Positions 37,415 to 49,022 of a DNA stretch of 64,000 bases are shown piece by piece. A program made the translations under genes and the position numbers. The DNA is from Camelus ferus (Eukaryota). The stretch spans positions 107,076,001-107,140,000 of the forward strand of contig NC_045696.1 in NCBI RefSeq assembly GCF_009834535.1. Reading direction: 5' to 3'. The notes beneath the pieces are model-generated. The model was not told the origin of the DNA and did not search any database. It saw only the letters and a program-made list of their open reading frames with translations. Numbering within the stretch: the first letter of the stretch is position 1; each line of letters opens with the position of its first letter.

Positions 37415-37990
37415 AAATTCTTAGCCATATGTGCTCAAAAGAATCACAAAGAGTGATACAAGGACACTAACTAGAAGTGGGGAAAATCATAAACAACTTA
37501 AATGTCCATCCCAAGGTGACTCGTTCATTTAATTTTATTATATTGAACAATGAAATACAAGTTAGCAATTAAAATAAACAAACTGAGTCTAAACATACCA
37601 CCATGACATCACTCCAAAGCATAATGCTGAGTGACAGAAGCAATCTACACTGTGCCATTTAGGTAAAGTCTTAGAAATACCCTCCAACGACCATATATTG
37701 CTTTCTGTAACAAACATGTGTAATGCAGTAAAAATTTAATACCAGACAGAAGACATATGCACTAACTTTGAAAACAAGTAGTTAATTCTGGGAAAGGGGA
37801 GAGGAAGGAGAGAAGAGGGTTTTGAGAAAGCTACAAGGAGTCCTCCACGGAATACGGAGTGTTTTATGTATTCAAAAAATAATCTGGCACAAACAACAAA
37901 ATGCTAATATTGTTAAATCTCAGTGGTGGGTACCAAAATGCTCATTAAGTTACTCTCAGTTCTTCTCTGGATGTTTGATATATTTCATGA
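37415..37990 (+). mobile_element. L1ME 3' end
   Basis: aaacaacttaaatgtccatc, caatgaaatac, aagcataatgctgagtgacagaagcaa, gttaaatctcagtggtgggtac. Confidence 0.75.
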
Positions 37991-38525
37991 AAGGAGAGAG
38001 GGAGGGGAGCAGAAAGAAGAAGACACAACATCAAGACAGAAATTTTAAAAAGATGAAATAGTTGGAACAATCCAGCCCAGGACTGGGGGTCATGTTCCAC
38101 CTGCTTCCTGCGGACAGTGGGACCCATTTGACATTCGCTAGTGAGGCAAGTATTTGTTGCATCCCTTCTCAGGGCATTCAGAGATGCTCACAGCTGTGAA
38201 CCTAGTTGGAAAAAAAAAATTATTCTTTTGTTTTCCAGACCCGTCTATGAAGGCAGAAGAAGGGTATTTGGGTTTTTTTTAAAGAATCTGTTTTAAAAGG
38301 ATTACACAGAACTTTGAACACGTGAAAGGGTTAACCTTCAGCCCCCTGGAACCAGGCTGAGCCGCTCCCTGCTTGGCAGTAAAGGATAACTGAGGAGTTG
38401 TCTTCACACAGCCCACACAGCCACGCCCTGGCTTTACCGTGCCATGCCGCACCTCCTCATTCGTAACTTTGAACTTGGCACGTCTACTCCTGGTCCGCGA
38501 TCTCCCTCCTTGCCGTACAGGCTTT

Positions 38526-38528
<3 letters not shown>

Positions 38529-38594
<66 letters not shown>
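38529..38594. repeat. (CA)33 perfect microsatellite
   Basis: Direct reading. Confidence 0.97.
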
Positions 38595-38597
<3 letters not shown>

Positions 38598-40155
38598 TAC
38601 ACTTGATTCTGCCTCCTCTCCTCCCTCCTACACGTATTTGACTCTCAGCACAGCGAGGATTCTGTACATTTGGTGTCCTCCGCAAACCTGAAGAGTTTTT
38701 TGTCCTTCATCTCTTTCTGGTCACTTATTATAGATGCATCAAAACACTGATCCCACGAGGTCCCCACTTTTAGCACTTCTCCACCCACAAGGCGCCCATT
38801 TACCCTAATCTTGGTGATTGTCTCTGCGCCCAGTTCCTTTCTTGGATAAAAACTGCTTCCTTAGTTCCATGGAAACAGCTTTCAATGTTAAACACTATCA
38901 GAAATCTATTGCTTAGCGGGGTTTTTTTTAAGCTTAAGCGAATACCTGTATCACAACCACACAACTTTTGTTTTTTGACACTGTCACCAAAAAGGGGAAA
39001 AAAAGAGAAATATATATATATATATATATTTATATGATTATAAGTTCTCATTCTAGAAACCAGTCAGTCTCTCAGTCCAACAAATTATTTTACACTCTCT
39101 GGTGAATCTATTTCAAGTTGTCTAGGTGTCCAAGGAAGACCAACCAGCCTAAGGTTTTCAGGGCCTTTTGGACTTTTTGATGGATGATTATTTATAAGCC
39201 GAATTCTTCTGCTTTCATTGGGAAATTCGGCACCATAAAGAGCTTCATTTCCTTAAAGGAATAATACTTACTTTATGCTTCTGATTTTTTTTTTAATTCA
39301 AGGTAAATTCCTGTGTTATTAAATAAAAATTCCAAATAGTCTGTCATGGATCACAGAATCCCTTGAAATCCATTGATTTTAATGAAGGTTAGCATCTTAG
39401 CTGTTCTTAAATATATACTATTGGGAAGGGAGAGGTAAAAAGTTTAATTTTTTCACCACCCCCCCAAAACAAACCTTTTTAAATAATCCCAAAGAATCTT
39501 AAAACCACACGACTCTATGAAATCCCTTCCAACTCCTGGGCATTGTTTATGCACGTGGATATGTTAGCATCACAGAAATGAAAGCCGAGAAGCTCTGGAT
39601 GGGCTTCATTCATTTGAAAAACAAAAGGCCAGTATTGTTGTTTAAGTGGCTCTTGGGACAATTTAAGTATATTGACATGGAATTTCATCTTTTCCCTACA
39701 AGCAACCCAGGATGAGACCGCAGGAAAAAACGTTCTGTCTATTTCAGCCCTTCCTGACCTGTTCTTTGAGGAGTGGAAACTGAAGGGATTATCTTTACTT
39801 AGAGCCTGAAGAAAGACAGACATTGTCTTCAAAGAGAAGGGCTTCTTCACCCACAATGCTTTAGGGGTCTGGAGGCAAAACACAAGCTGTACTTCAGAGT
39901 AAAATGTGTTAAGTCCCTTTCTAAAATCGTTTAAAACAGTCTCTAGCGGAACATTGGGTAGATTTTGTTTTGTTCTATAATTATCGTCCTTTGCTACCAA
40001 GATGATAAATGAATCTGTAACCCTCTCTCGGTGAGTTCATCCTTTCTTCTTTTCCTCCTTGTCCTCTTCAGATCTCTTGCCTTCCCCTTTATGTCCTATT
40101 TTCAGAATTCTGTTGAATTCATGCCTCCAGAAGACTGCGGCATACTTTTGTCTTT

Positions 40156-40170
40156 GGCGCCCTCTTCTGG
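40156..40170 (-). promoter_or_regulatory. Strong CTCF-like motif
   Basis: Minus strand CCAGAAGAGGGCGCC has one deviation from core CCASYAGRKGGCRS and retains its CpG. Confidence 0.5.
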
Positions 40171-40226
40171 TCACTTCATTTTTATAACCGCGTCTTGGAT
40201 CATTTTAGTGCTGAGGGAAGGAACTT

Positions 40227-41957
40227 GAAGAGGTAAAAGTGTCACTATATGCAGATGACATGATACTATATATAGAAAACCCTAAAAGATCCACACAAAA
40301 ACTTCTAGAGCTAATCGAAGGATTCAGCAAGGTAGCAGGTTACAAGATTAACATACAAAAATTAGTTGCATTTCTTTACACTAACGATGAATCAACAGGA
40401 AAAGAAAGTAAAGAAACAATCCCCTTTAAAATAGCACCCAAAGCAATAAAATACCTAGGAATAAATCTAACCAAGGAGGTAAAAGACTGATACACGGAGA
40501 ACTATAAACAATTGATGAAGGAAATTAAAGAAGACTTTAAAAAATGGTAAGATATCCCATGCTCCTGGATTGGAAGAATCAATATCGTTAAAATGGTCAT
40601 ACTGCCCAAGGCAATCTACAGATTTAATGCAATCCCTGTCAAATTACCCAGGACATATTTCACAGAACTAGAATAAATCATAATAAAATTTATATGGGAC
40701 CACAAAAGACCTAGAATTGCCAAAGCATTACTGAAGAAAAAGTAACAGGCTAGAGGAATAGCTCTCCCAGACTTCAGACAATACTATAGAGCTACAATAA
40801 TCAAGACAGCATGGTATTGGTACAAAACCAGACATATGGACCAATGGAACAGAATAGAGAGCCCAGAAATTAACCCACAAATTTTTGGTTAACTAATCTT
40901 CAACAAAGGAGGCAAGAATATACAATGGAATAAAGACAGTCTCTTCAGCAAATGGTGTTGGGAAAACTGGACAGCAGCATGTAAATCAGTGTAGCCAGAA
41001 TACTCACTTACACCATACACAAAAACAAACTCAAAATGGATCAAAGACTTAAACGTAAGACAAGATACAATAAACCTCCTAGAAGAAAATATAGGCAAAA
41101 CATTATCTGACATACATCTCAAAAATGTTCTCCTAGGGCAGTCTACCCAAGCAATAGAATAAAAGAAGAATAAACAAATGGAACCTAATTAAACTTACAA
41201 GCTTTTGCACAGGAAAGGAAACCATAAGTAAAACAAAACGACAGCCTACGGAATGAGAGAAAATTATTGCAAAAGATGAAACTGACAAAGGCTTGATCTC
41301 CAGAATATATAAGCAGCTCATATGACTTAAAAAACAAACAACTCAATCCAAAAATGGGCAGAAGACCTAAACAAGCAATTCTCCAAGGAAGAAATACAAA
41401 TAATCAATAGACACATGAAAAAATACTCAATATCACTAATTATGAGAGAAATGCAAATCAAAACTACAATGAGGTATCACCTCACACCAGTCAGAATGGC
41501 CATCATTCAAAAATCCACAAATAACAAATGCTGGAGAGGCTGTAGAGAAAAAGGAACCCTCCTACACTGCTGGTGGGAATGCAGTTTGGTGAAGCCTTTG
41601 TGGAAAACAGTATGGAGATTCCTTAAAAGACTAGGAATAGACTTACCGTATGACCCAGTCATCCTGCTCCTGTGCATATATCCAAAAGGAACCCTACTTC
41701 AGAAAGACACCTGCACCCCAATGTTCATAGCAGCACTATTTACAATAGCCAAGACATGGAAACAGCCTAAATATCCATTGACAGATGACTGGATAAAGAA
41801 GATGTGGTATATTTATACAATGGAATACTATTCGGCCATAAAAAAGACAACATAACACCATTTGCAGCAACATGGATGTCCCTGGAGAATGTCATTCTAA
41901 GTGAAGTAATCCAGAAAGAGAAAGAAAAATACCGTATGAGATCGCTCATATGTAGAA

Positions 41958-41988
<31 letters not shown>

Positions 41989-42296
41989 CATAAATACAAA
42001 ACAGAAACAGACTCATAGACCTAGAATACAAACTTGTGGTTGCCAGGGGAAGAGGGTTGGGAAGGGACAGACTGGGAGTTCGAAATTTGTAGATACTGAC
42101 AGGCATATGTAGAATAAACAAGATTATACTGTATAGCACAGGGAAATATATACAAGATCTTGTGGTAGCTCACAGTGAATAAGAATGCGACAATGAATAT
42201 ATGTATGTTCGTGTATAACTGAAAAATTGTGCTCTACACTGGAAATTGACATAACATTGTAAAATGACTATAACTCAATTTAAAAAAAAAAAAAAA
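40227..42296 (+). mobile_element. Young camelid-type L1, 5'-truncated (about 2.07 kb), ORF2 disrupted
   Basis: [22 protein letters not shown] motif, C-terminal [13 protein letters not shown]...CWWEC, several stops, 3' UTR and poly-A. Confidence 0.96.
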
Positions 42297-43499
42297 CCAT
42301 GAACAAATTCATGTGAATCTTTTTCTATGAAATGCCAATAAGCCATTCGTCCAACAAGTCAAAGACACCCACCCCCACCCAAACAGGGGGAAGAGATGCT
42401 CCTTCATCTTAGGTGCTGCTCCTTCACCCCCTGCTGTGCACAGGGTGTGAAATTTCCACGTTGTCAGTTATCCAAGCCCCATAGACTAATCCTAACTTCA
42501 CCTCTCCATATTTCTCATTCAGCCCCGCCTCAGAAATGTTCTTCCGCAAGAACCCAAAGCCTTTGCATCCACAGCGGTGATTCTCTCCATGGAGAAACGC
42601 ACAAATCCTATGTAATCAGCAAGTGTGCTGGTCGCACGGCGTCCCGCTGCATACCTGGAGCGCACCTCTCCCATCTCCAACTCCCCTCAGCCGCTGCTTA
42701 TCCACCCAGCAGACCCCGCACACCTTTCAAGTCGCAGCTGAAAATGCGATCTCCTCTCACCTCCCATGATGGGCATGGCTGCCCCGTATCTCACCGTCCC
42801 TCCATAATTCATACACATCTCCAGAATGGTAATTCACCAGTGGCACGTTTTCTAAAGTGAGTTCTAGAGAATTCACTTCCCATTCCATGAGATGCTTCAT
42901 AGAAAATAGGATTCTGTGAACAAACACATCTGAGCAATGGAACGTACGATATCCCCTTCTCTCGAATGATATGCACAGAACAGTAATTTGGGAAACACCG
43001 CTTTTCTGTCTCGCTGGCGGAACTGCATCACCTCTGAGGAGCCATACTGACCCTTCTCTGCATCCTGAGGGCAGAACTGATGGGAGTCCTTTCTTACCTG
43101 CTGTCACCTTTCCTCTGTGGGAGGCCAGCCCTCTGGGGACACCCCCACCCTCACAGAGAGCTCAGCAAACCCAGCTGGTCAGACTCCGAAGCAGCATCAA
43201 GGCCCTCTCAATGTCTCCAGGTACCAGGAGCTGACTGTCTTGCCCACTACCTGGCTTCCTGATGCTCTGTCCCCAGCCCCTTGCCTACAGACGTCAGAAA
43301 CTTGCTCCACTCTGGGTCTTTGCCTCAGGGGTTCCTGGCTCTTCTGTTTGCCTGGGTGGAGACTTCCAGGGCCCTTGACTTGCAGGAAACTTGTGACTCC
43401 ACGGACTCCCCCTGCCTGGTCACCATCCTGCCATCCCCGTCCTAACCTCATCTACATGCCGCAGTCTCTCAGCCCCAACTCTATTTTGGGAGAACAAAA

Positions 43500-44457
43500 T
43501 GGCATATTAGTCAATTCGTCTCCCAGTATCTCCAGAATCCCCACTTCTTTCTGACCCCACCAATGCGAATTCAGCCCATCTCTCGTCTGGATGACGACAG
43601 CTGGTCTCCTGCTTCTGTTCTCCCCCCACCCTTTCAAAGTAGTCTTTTTAAAAGGCAAATCTGATCACATCTTTCCCCTTGACAAAAGCTTGCAAGGACT
43701 TGTTGTTTGGATCAAAACCAAACCCCTCCACAGTTGATGCTCTGCTGAACCCTCCAATTTTGTCTCCCCAGCTCCCATCCAGCATGGTACAGCCACATGG
43801 AAATTCCTTAGGTTCTTTTTTTCTTTTTAACTGAAGTACAGTTACAACATATCAGTTTCTGGTGTACAGCATAATGTCCCAGTCATGCATATACATGCAT
43901 ATATTCATTTTCATATTCTTTTTCATTAAAGGTTTATATATATATATTTTTTATTGATGTATAGTCAGTTTACAATGTTGTATCAATTTCTCGTGTACAG
44001 CAAAAGACTTCAGTCATATAGGAACATACATATATTTGTTTCATTAAAGGTTACTACACTATATCCTTAGGTTCTTAAAACACCACTTTTCTCCATGCCC
44101 AGTGGACACTATTCTGTCTGAGCCCTCCTCCCTCTGTCCTTCACATGGCTCTCCCTACCCATTCTTCACTCTCATAGAAACCTCACCTCCCCCAGAGTCC
44201 TGGCATGACCCTCTGGATTAGGGTCTGACCCCCAAGAGGCTCCCGTTACTCCCAGCACAATGTTATGAAACTCATCTCATTTTAAGTGAGTAACTGCTTA
44301 GTGTACTTTAATTTGTTAATGTCCATCCCCTACTCAGAGCAGACATTAGAGCTGCAAAGGCCAAGTCTACCCGTCTATCTGGCTCACTCCTCCATTCCCA
44401 GCATCTAGCACCAGACCTGGCACATGGCAGTGTTCCATGAATGTTTGTTGAATGAAT
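43500..44457 (+). mobile_element. L2 3' region (interrupted by nested L1 tails)
   Basis: tttaaaaggcaaatctgatcac...cccagcatctagcaccagacctggcacat...aatgtttgttgaatgaat terminal repeat. Confidence 0.8.
43818..44063 (-). mobile_element. Two nested short camelid-type L1 3' tails
   Basis: Outer TSD TCCTTAGGTTCTT (43805-43817, 44064-44076); inner direct repeat TTTCATTAAAGGTT (43921-43934, 44039-44052). Confidence 0.88.
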
Positions 44458-45073
44458 TTTGGATCATGCAATTTCCTTGTAATCACAGAATACGCGCTTT
44501 GCCCCCAACAGTAATGTTAGAGCCTGTTTCGGTATGAAGCCTCCTTAGATATACACCAAATCAGCCATTTCTCTATGCTTCCTTAAAATAACTGATTTCC
44601 CTGTCCAAGATTTGAATCTAGCCTAAAATGAACTGAACTGTACATCGCTGGAGGGGTCTTTGTCTTCCACATTATCAAGCACACCTCCAACCAGGGTCAA
44701 AATTGTGGTAAGAATCTTTTTCATATCTAACACTTCAGAGTTTCCTAAGTGCTGTAACATGTATCATTGCACAATGTCAAATCCCTGACTTGCATGATTT
44801 TATAGATGCAATTGCAAAGTACTGTTTCCAAGTGGGTTTTCCTTAGGATCTCAAAATTATTCCTCATTTGTAGCAATACAGATAATCGGATCATCAGAAA
44901 GATCCTGGAACTTTCGACACTGGGTGACAGAATACAGTAAACCAATAACTTCAGAGTTCTGAGGGAAAACTTATCCTCAATCTCAAATTACTGATTCTTC
45001 ACCAAACTCTTGATCAATCGTGAGGGTACAATAAAGGCATTTTCAGATATTTCAAAATGTAAGATTTGACTTC

Positions 45074-45216
45074 CCAGAGGCGGGGGAGCAGCTGGGGAGG
45101 GTATAGCTCAGTGGTAGAGTGCATGCCTAGCATGCGAGAGGTCCTGGGTTCTATCCCTAGTACCTCCATTAAATAAACAAATAAACAAACAAACCTCCCT
45201 CAGGCCCCCTCCAAAG
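45074..45216 (+). mobile_element. Vic-1-like SINE with 20-bp 5' extension
   Basis: Perfect TSD AAGATTTGACTTC at 45061-45073 and 45217-45229; SINE body starts at 45094. Confidence 0.92.
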
Positions 45217-45700
45217 AAGATTTGACTTCACGTATGTCATTTTTAGAAAATCACTGGGAAGTTTGCTTTAGCAAGAGGAGGGAGTAAACCAGAAAGAGGA
45301 TAACACAGAATTCAGGAAACAAGTGAAGGCAGAGAAGGAGAGTGGTGAAAAGAAGTCCAAAGATTTCGGTGAGGGCCTGGAGGACAAGTTGTGCGGATGA
45401 GAGCAGGAGGACAGCGGGAAGGGCACTGAGTGTGGCCGCCCAGGCTGTGTGCTGCCCATGGACACACCACCCAGATCAGTGGGGCTGAAATCCAGCGCAT
45501 GTGTGGCTCAGCAACTCAGGTATTCTGGCCAAGGGCTGAGTACCTCAAAGTTCCACATTAGCTTGAAGCATCCCTGAAGGCAGGCTGTGGGAGAGGAAGG
45601 TGTTTGGAATGTGTGGAGACTGGAAACAGAATGTTTGGAACTCTTGGAGTTTGGGGAAAGTATTGATGTTTGTTGGACCATTTGGAAAAAATTAGTCAAA

Positions 45701-46080
45701 TGTATTAGTTTGCTAGAGCTGCCATAACAAATACCACCAACGAGGTGGCTTAAAAAACAGGAATTTATTTTCTCAAGATTTTGGAGGCTAGAGATCCAAG
45801 ACTGAGGTGTCAGCAGGGTTGGTCTCTTCTGAGGTCTCTCTCCTTGGCTTGCAGGTGGCCACCTTCCCATTGTGTCCTCACATGATCTTCCTTCTGTCTC
45901 TGTCCTAATTTCCTAACTTCCTTTTATACGGGCACCAGTCATACTGGACTGGGGCCCACCATAATGGCCTTATTTTAACTTAATCACCTCTTTAAAGCCC
46001 TAGCTCCAAATATGGTCACATCCTGAGATACTGAGGGCTAAGACTTCAACATTTAAATTTGGGAGAACATCATTAACCCC
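45701..46080 (-). mobile_element. MLT1A0/B-type MaLR solo LTR
   Basis: tgtattagtttgctagagctgccataacaaataccac...aatttattttctca...tggaggctagagatccaaga...ttaatcacctctttaaag. Confidence 0.9.
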
Positions 46081-46599
46081 AAATGGTCACAAAGTAAACT
46101 AAACAAATGAAAAGATAAATAAATAGAGCAGTTATTAACTCAACGAATAATAGAAGCAGTAGCAGAAATGACCACAGTCAACGCTCTGGTCAGCAGCAGA
46201 CAATATTTACATTGTTATTATAATGTCAACACTAAGCTTTAATGAAGCCTTGTTCTATTGAGAGAGTGAGGAGGGGTGGTGATAATGTGGCAGAGGAGAC
46301 AGAGAGTGAGGACTAAGAGGGTAAAATTCTCTGCCACCATAGAGGAAGGATAACATCATAGATAATATTTGAAACAAGTTACTCAAGAAAAAGTAGAACA
46401 AGATTATTTAGAGATACGGAGGTAAATACCTGGGGAAAAAAAAACAGCTTGAAGTAGTTGAAAGTAGTTGTATGTGGTGACAAGGAAGCAGGTGTGGGGA
46501 GGGAACTACTAAATTTTAATATCAGCTTTTTGTAATTTAATGTTTTAACTGTGAAGATATTACTGTGGTTTCACTTTTGAATAACTCAAATTTTAACAC

Positions 46600-47635
46600 T
46601 TTTGGGATGCTGCTGACACACAAACTCATTCTACTGTGTTCGTTTCTTTTGTGTGCAAAATCTCCTTTCACCTCTGTTTAATTGAAACACATTCCAAGTT
46701 GCAAAAACAGCTATTTAAAATCTTTTACTATTTGCAACTGTTTATCTGTGTGGAATGGAATTTTCTCAATATTTTCAGCCCAAACAAAATTCACAAAGAA
46801 ACTGAATGCTGAGGTTGTAAAGCAACAATGGGCATCTTGAATCTGATCTCAAATGTATGTGTTCATGAAAACCAACTCATTGTTCTCATTAAATTAATTT
46901 TTTTTATTAAAGTGTAGTCAGTTTACAATGTTGTGTCAATTTCTGGTGTGCAGCATAATGTTTCAGTCATACATGTACATTTATGTATTCCTTTTATATT
47001 CTTTTTCACCATAAGTTACTACAAGATAATGAATAGGGTTCCCTGTGCTCTACAGTAAAAACTTATTGTTACCTATTTTATATATAGTAGTTGGTATCTG
47101 CAAATCTCAAACTCCCAATTTATCCTTTCCCACTCCCTTTGCCCCTGGTAACCATAAGTTTGTTTTCTTTGTCTATGAGTCTGTTTCTGTTTTTTAAATA
47201 AGTTCATTTGTGTCGTTTTTTTTAGATTCCACAAATAAGTGATATCATAGGGTATTTTTTTTTCTCTTTCTGGCTTACTTCACTTAGTATGATGATCTGA
47301 TGCTCTAATTTGAAAAGATACGTGCACCACAATGTTCATAGCAGCACTATACACAATAGCCAAAACACGGAAAAAGCCTAAATGTCCATCAACAGACGAC
47401 TGATAAAGAAGTTGTGGTATATTTATACAATGGAATACTACTTGGCCATAAAAAATAAAATAATGTCATCTGCAGCAACATGGATGGACCTGGAGATGGT
47501 CATTAACTTTATAGCAAGTAGATGTTTTATGTTTTTCCTAATACAGATGTCTTCTAATAAAATGCTGCTTTTTCACTTTCATTAATTAGTTTTTTCTTCA
47601 GATAATGGGAGGGAAGACATTTGGGAAGCCTCATC
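46600..47635 (+). mobile_element. Charlie-type hAT transposon 3' part with transposase remnant (interrupted by L1)
   Basis: 46731-46769 translates FATVYLCGMEFSQ, then a frameshifted QTKFTKKLNAE, resembling the hAT C-terminal dimerisation motif; ends tttgggaagcctc. Confidence 0.6.
46896..47499 (-). mobile_element. Young L1 with 5' inversion (twin priming)
   Basis: Minus-strand 3' UTR 46896-47298 joined to plus-strand ORF2-end segment 47299-47503; TSD TCATTAA(A/C)TT at 46886-46895 and 47500-47509. Confidence 0.9.
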
Positions 47636-48585
47636 TTACCTGGGAGACCCCTTGCCCTTTGTCCACTTCAGATTCCCATCGTGGTTGGAAGCTTCCAAGC
47701 CTTTCACCACTGCAACAGAGATGCCGGCAAATGGGAGCAGAGGGTAGGGACACCCCTAGAGTCCAGCCTAAGCCAAGGGTGCCCTGTAATTGTCCATCTC
47801 TCCTCCTAGTTTTGGTAAGTCATACAGATTTGGAATCCCAAGTTTTGGTGTTAATTTTTACATAAGTGATACAATGAATGATCTTTTCAGCTCCTTTATA
47901 ACACTCAAGTGCAAACTTAAAGACAAGACACTGACCCAGGGTCTGCTGGATAAAAATTCTTGTCCCTTATGGAACTATGCTCAGACAGTTCTTAAAATCT
48001 TAGTAGCAAAACCAGGTAACAGCTTTATGCTGATATGAAGAAAAGCATCTTTGAAGAGTTCCTAATCAAAGCTCCTGTCCAACTGCAACTTAATTTTTGA
48101 AGTTTCTTCAAGTTCAAGATGGTCACCAAGCTATTTGCTAAGTGTTTCTAGAGTTACTTGCTTACTGAGGAAATAGGACGGAGGATTACACGTGTCTGTG
48201 ATCCTTCTCTTCTCTGTAAGATGTGCAGGGACTTCGGCATTAATCACCCAGATGGAGTTTACTATTACACCCCAATTTTTTAGAAACACACAAAAGCTCC
48301 ACTAAGGTGACATTTTGTTTACATTAAAGGGCTAAGTTTTCAGGGATAGAGAGGATTTGTAACATATTCCTAGGCATCAGTAATCACCTCCGGATGTTTC
48401 CACCTGGTGATGATAGTTCCTTCTTCATCATCATCATCATTATTGGTCTCAATGCTCCTTCTCACTATGCATGGCACACAAACAGTAGTAAACTGCTTCA
48501 GGCACAGATAAACCTCTTTCCTCACATTTTTTATCAACTAAGAAACTAAAACTCCATAAACTTGTAAACAAAACATGTAATGGTG

Positions 48586-48694
48586 GGGTTTTTTTAACAT
48601 TTTTTATTGAGTTATAATCATTTTACAATGTTGTGTCAAATTCCAGTGTAGAGCACAATTTTTCAGTTATACATGAACATACATATATTCATTG
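48586..48694 (-). mobile_element. Very short camelid-type L1 3' tail
   Basis: TSD TGTAATGGTG at 48576-48585 and 48695-48704; close to the reverse complement of 42190-42290. Confidence 0.92.
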
Positions 48695-48711
48695 TGTAAT
48701 GGTGTTATAAG

Positions 48712-49022
48712 ACTGGTGATGGCCAACTCGAATACCCACGGAGACCAGACACGTAATATAGGTGAGGAAAACACATCCGAAGAACATACAGTCTGTCTAA
48801 ACGGGGCCACCACTGTCCTTCCAGCTGACTGTTGCCATGTTGGAATGAGATCCCAACTTTGCCAAATATTCTGACCTTTCAAGAGAAGCTGAAAGTCTTG
48901 ATTTTTATGCACAATGTTATAGTTTGCACTCAGTAACCAATTCAAACTTTCTTTAACGTGTAAATTTTGCAAAACAAAGCTGTGGTTTGACTCATCCCAG
49001 GCGCTGCTAGTTTCAACCTCTG
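48712..49022 (-). mobile_element. MER102-like hAT-Charlie element
   Basis: ccagctgactgttgccatgttggaatg...tttcaagagaagctgaaagtcttgatttttatg...agtttcaacctctg. Confidence 0.75.

Larger units (their letters stand above)
44860..46565 (+). mobile_element. HAL1 element (interrupted by a SINE and an MLT1 LTR)
   Basis: gagggtacaataaaggcattttcagata, gagggagtaaaccagaaagagga, atttagagatacggaggtaaatacc. Confidence 0.7.

Noticed and set aside
39515..40000. 161-aa minus-strand ORF
   Set aside because: Non-ATG start, no recognisable domain, no convincing exon boundaries.
39960..40110. Micro-exon 40002-40030 with a GTGAGT donor and two nearby acceptor-like sites
   Set aside because: The AAG acceptor is weak, the following donor-acceptor spacing is very short, and no coherent frame emerges.
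40239..41855. Reverse transcriptase ORFs (YADD) as a novel RT system
   Set aside because: Ordinary L1 ORF2, truncated and broken by stops, with no associated array or partner genes.
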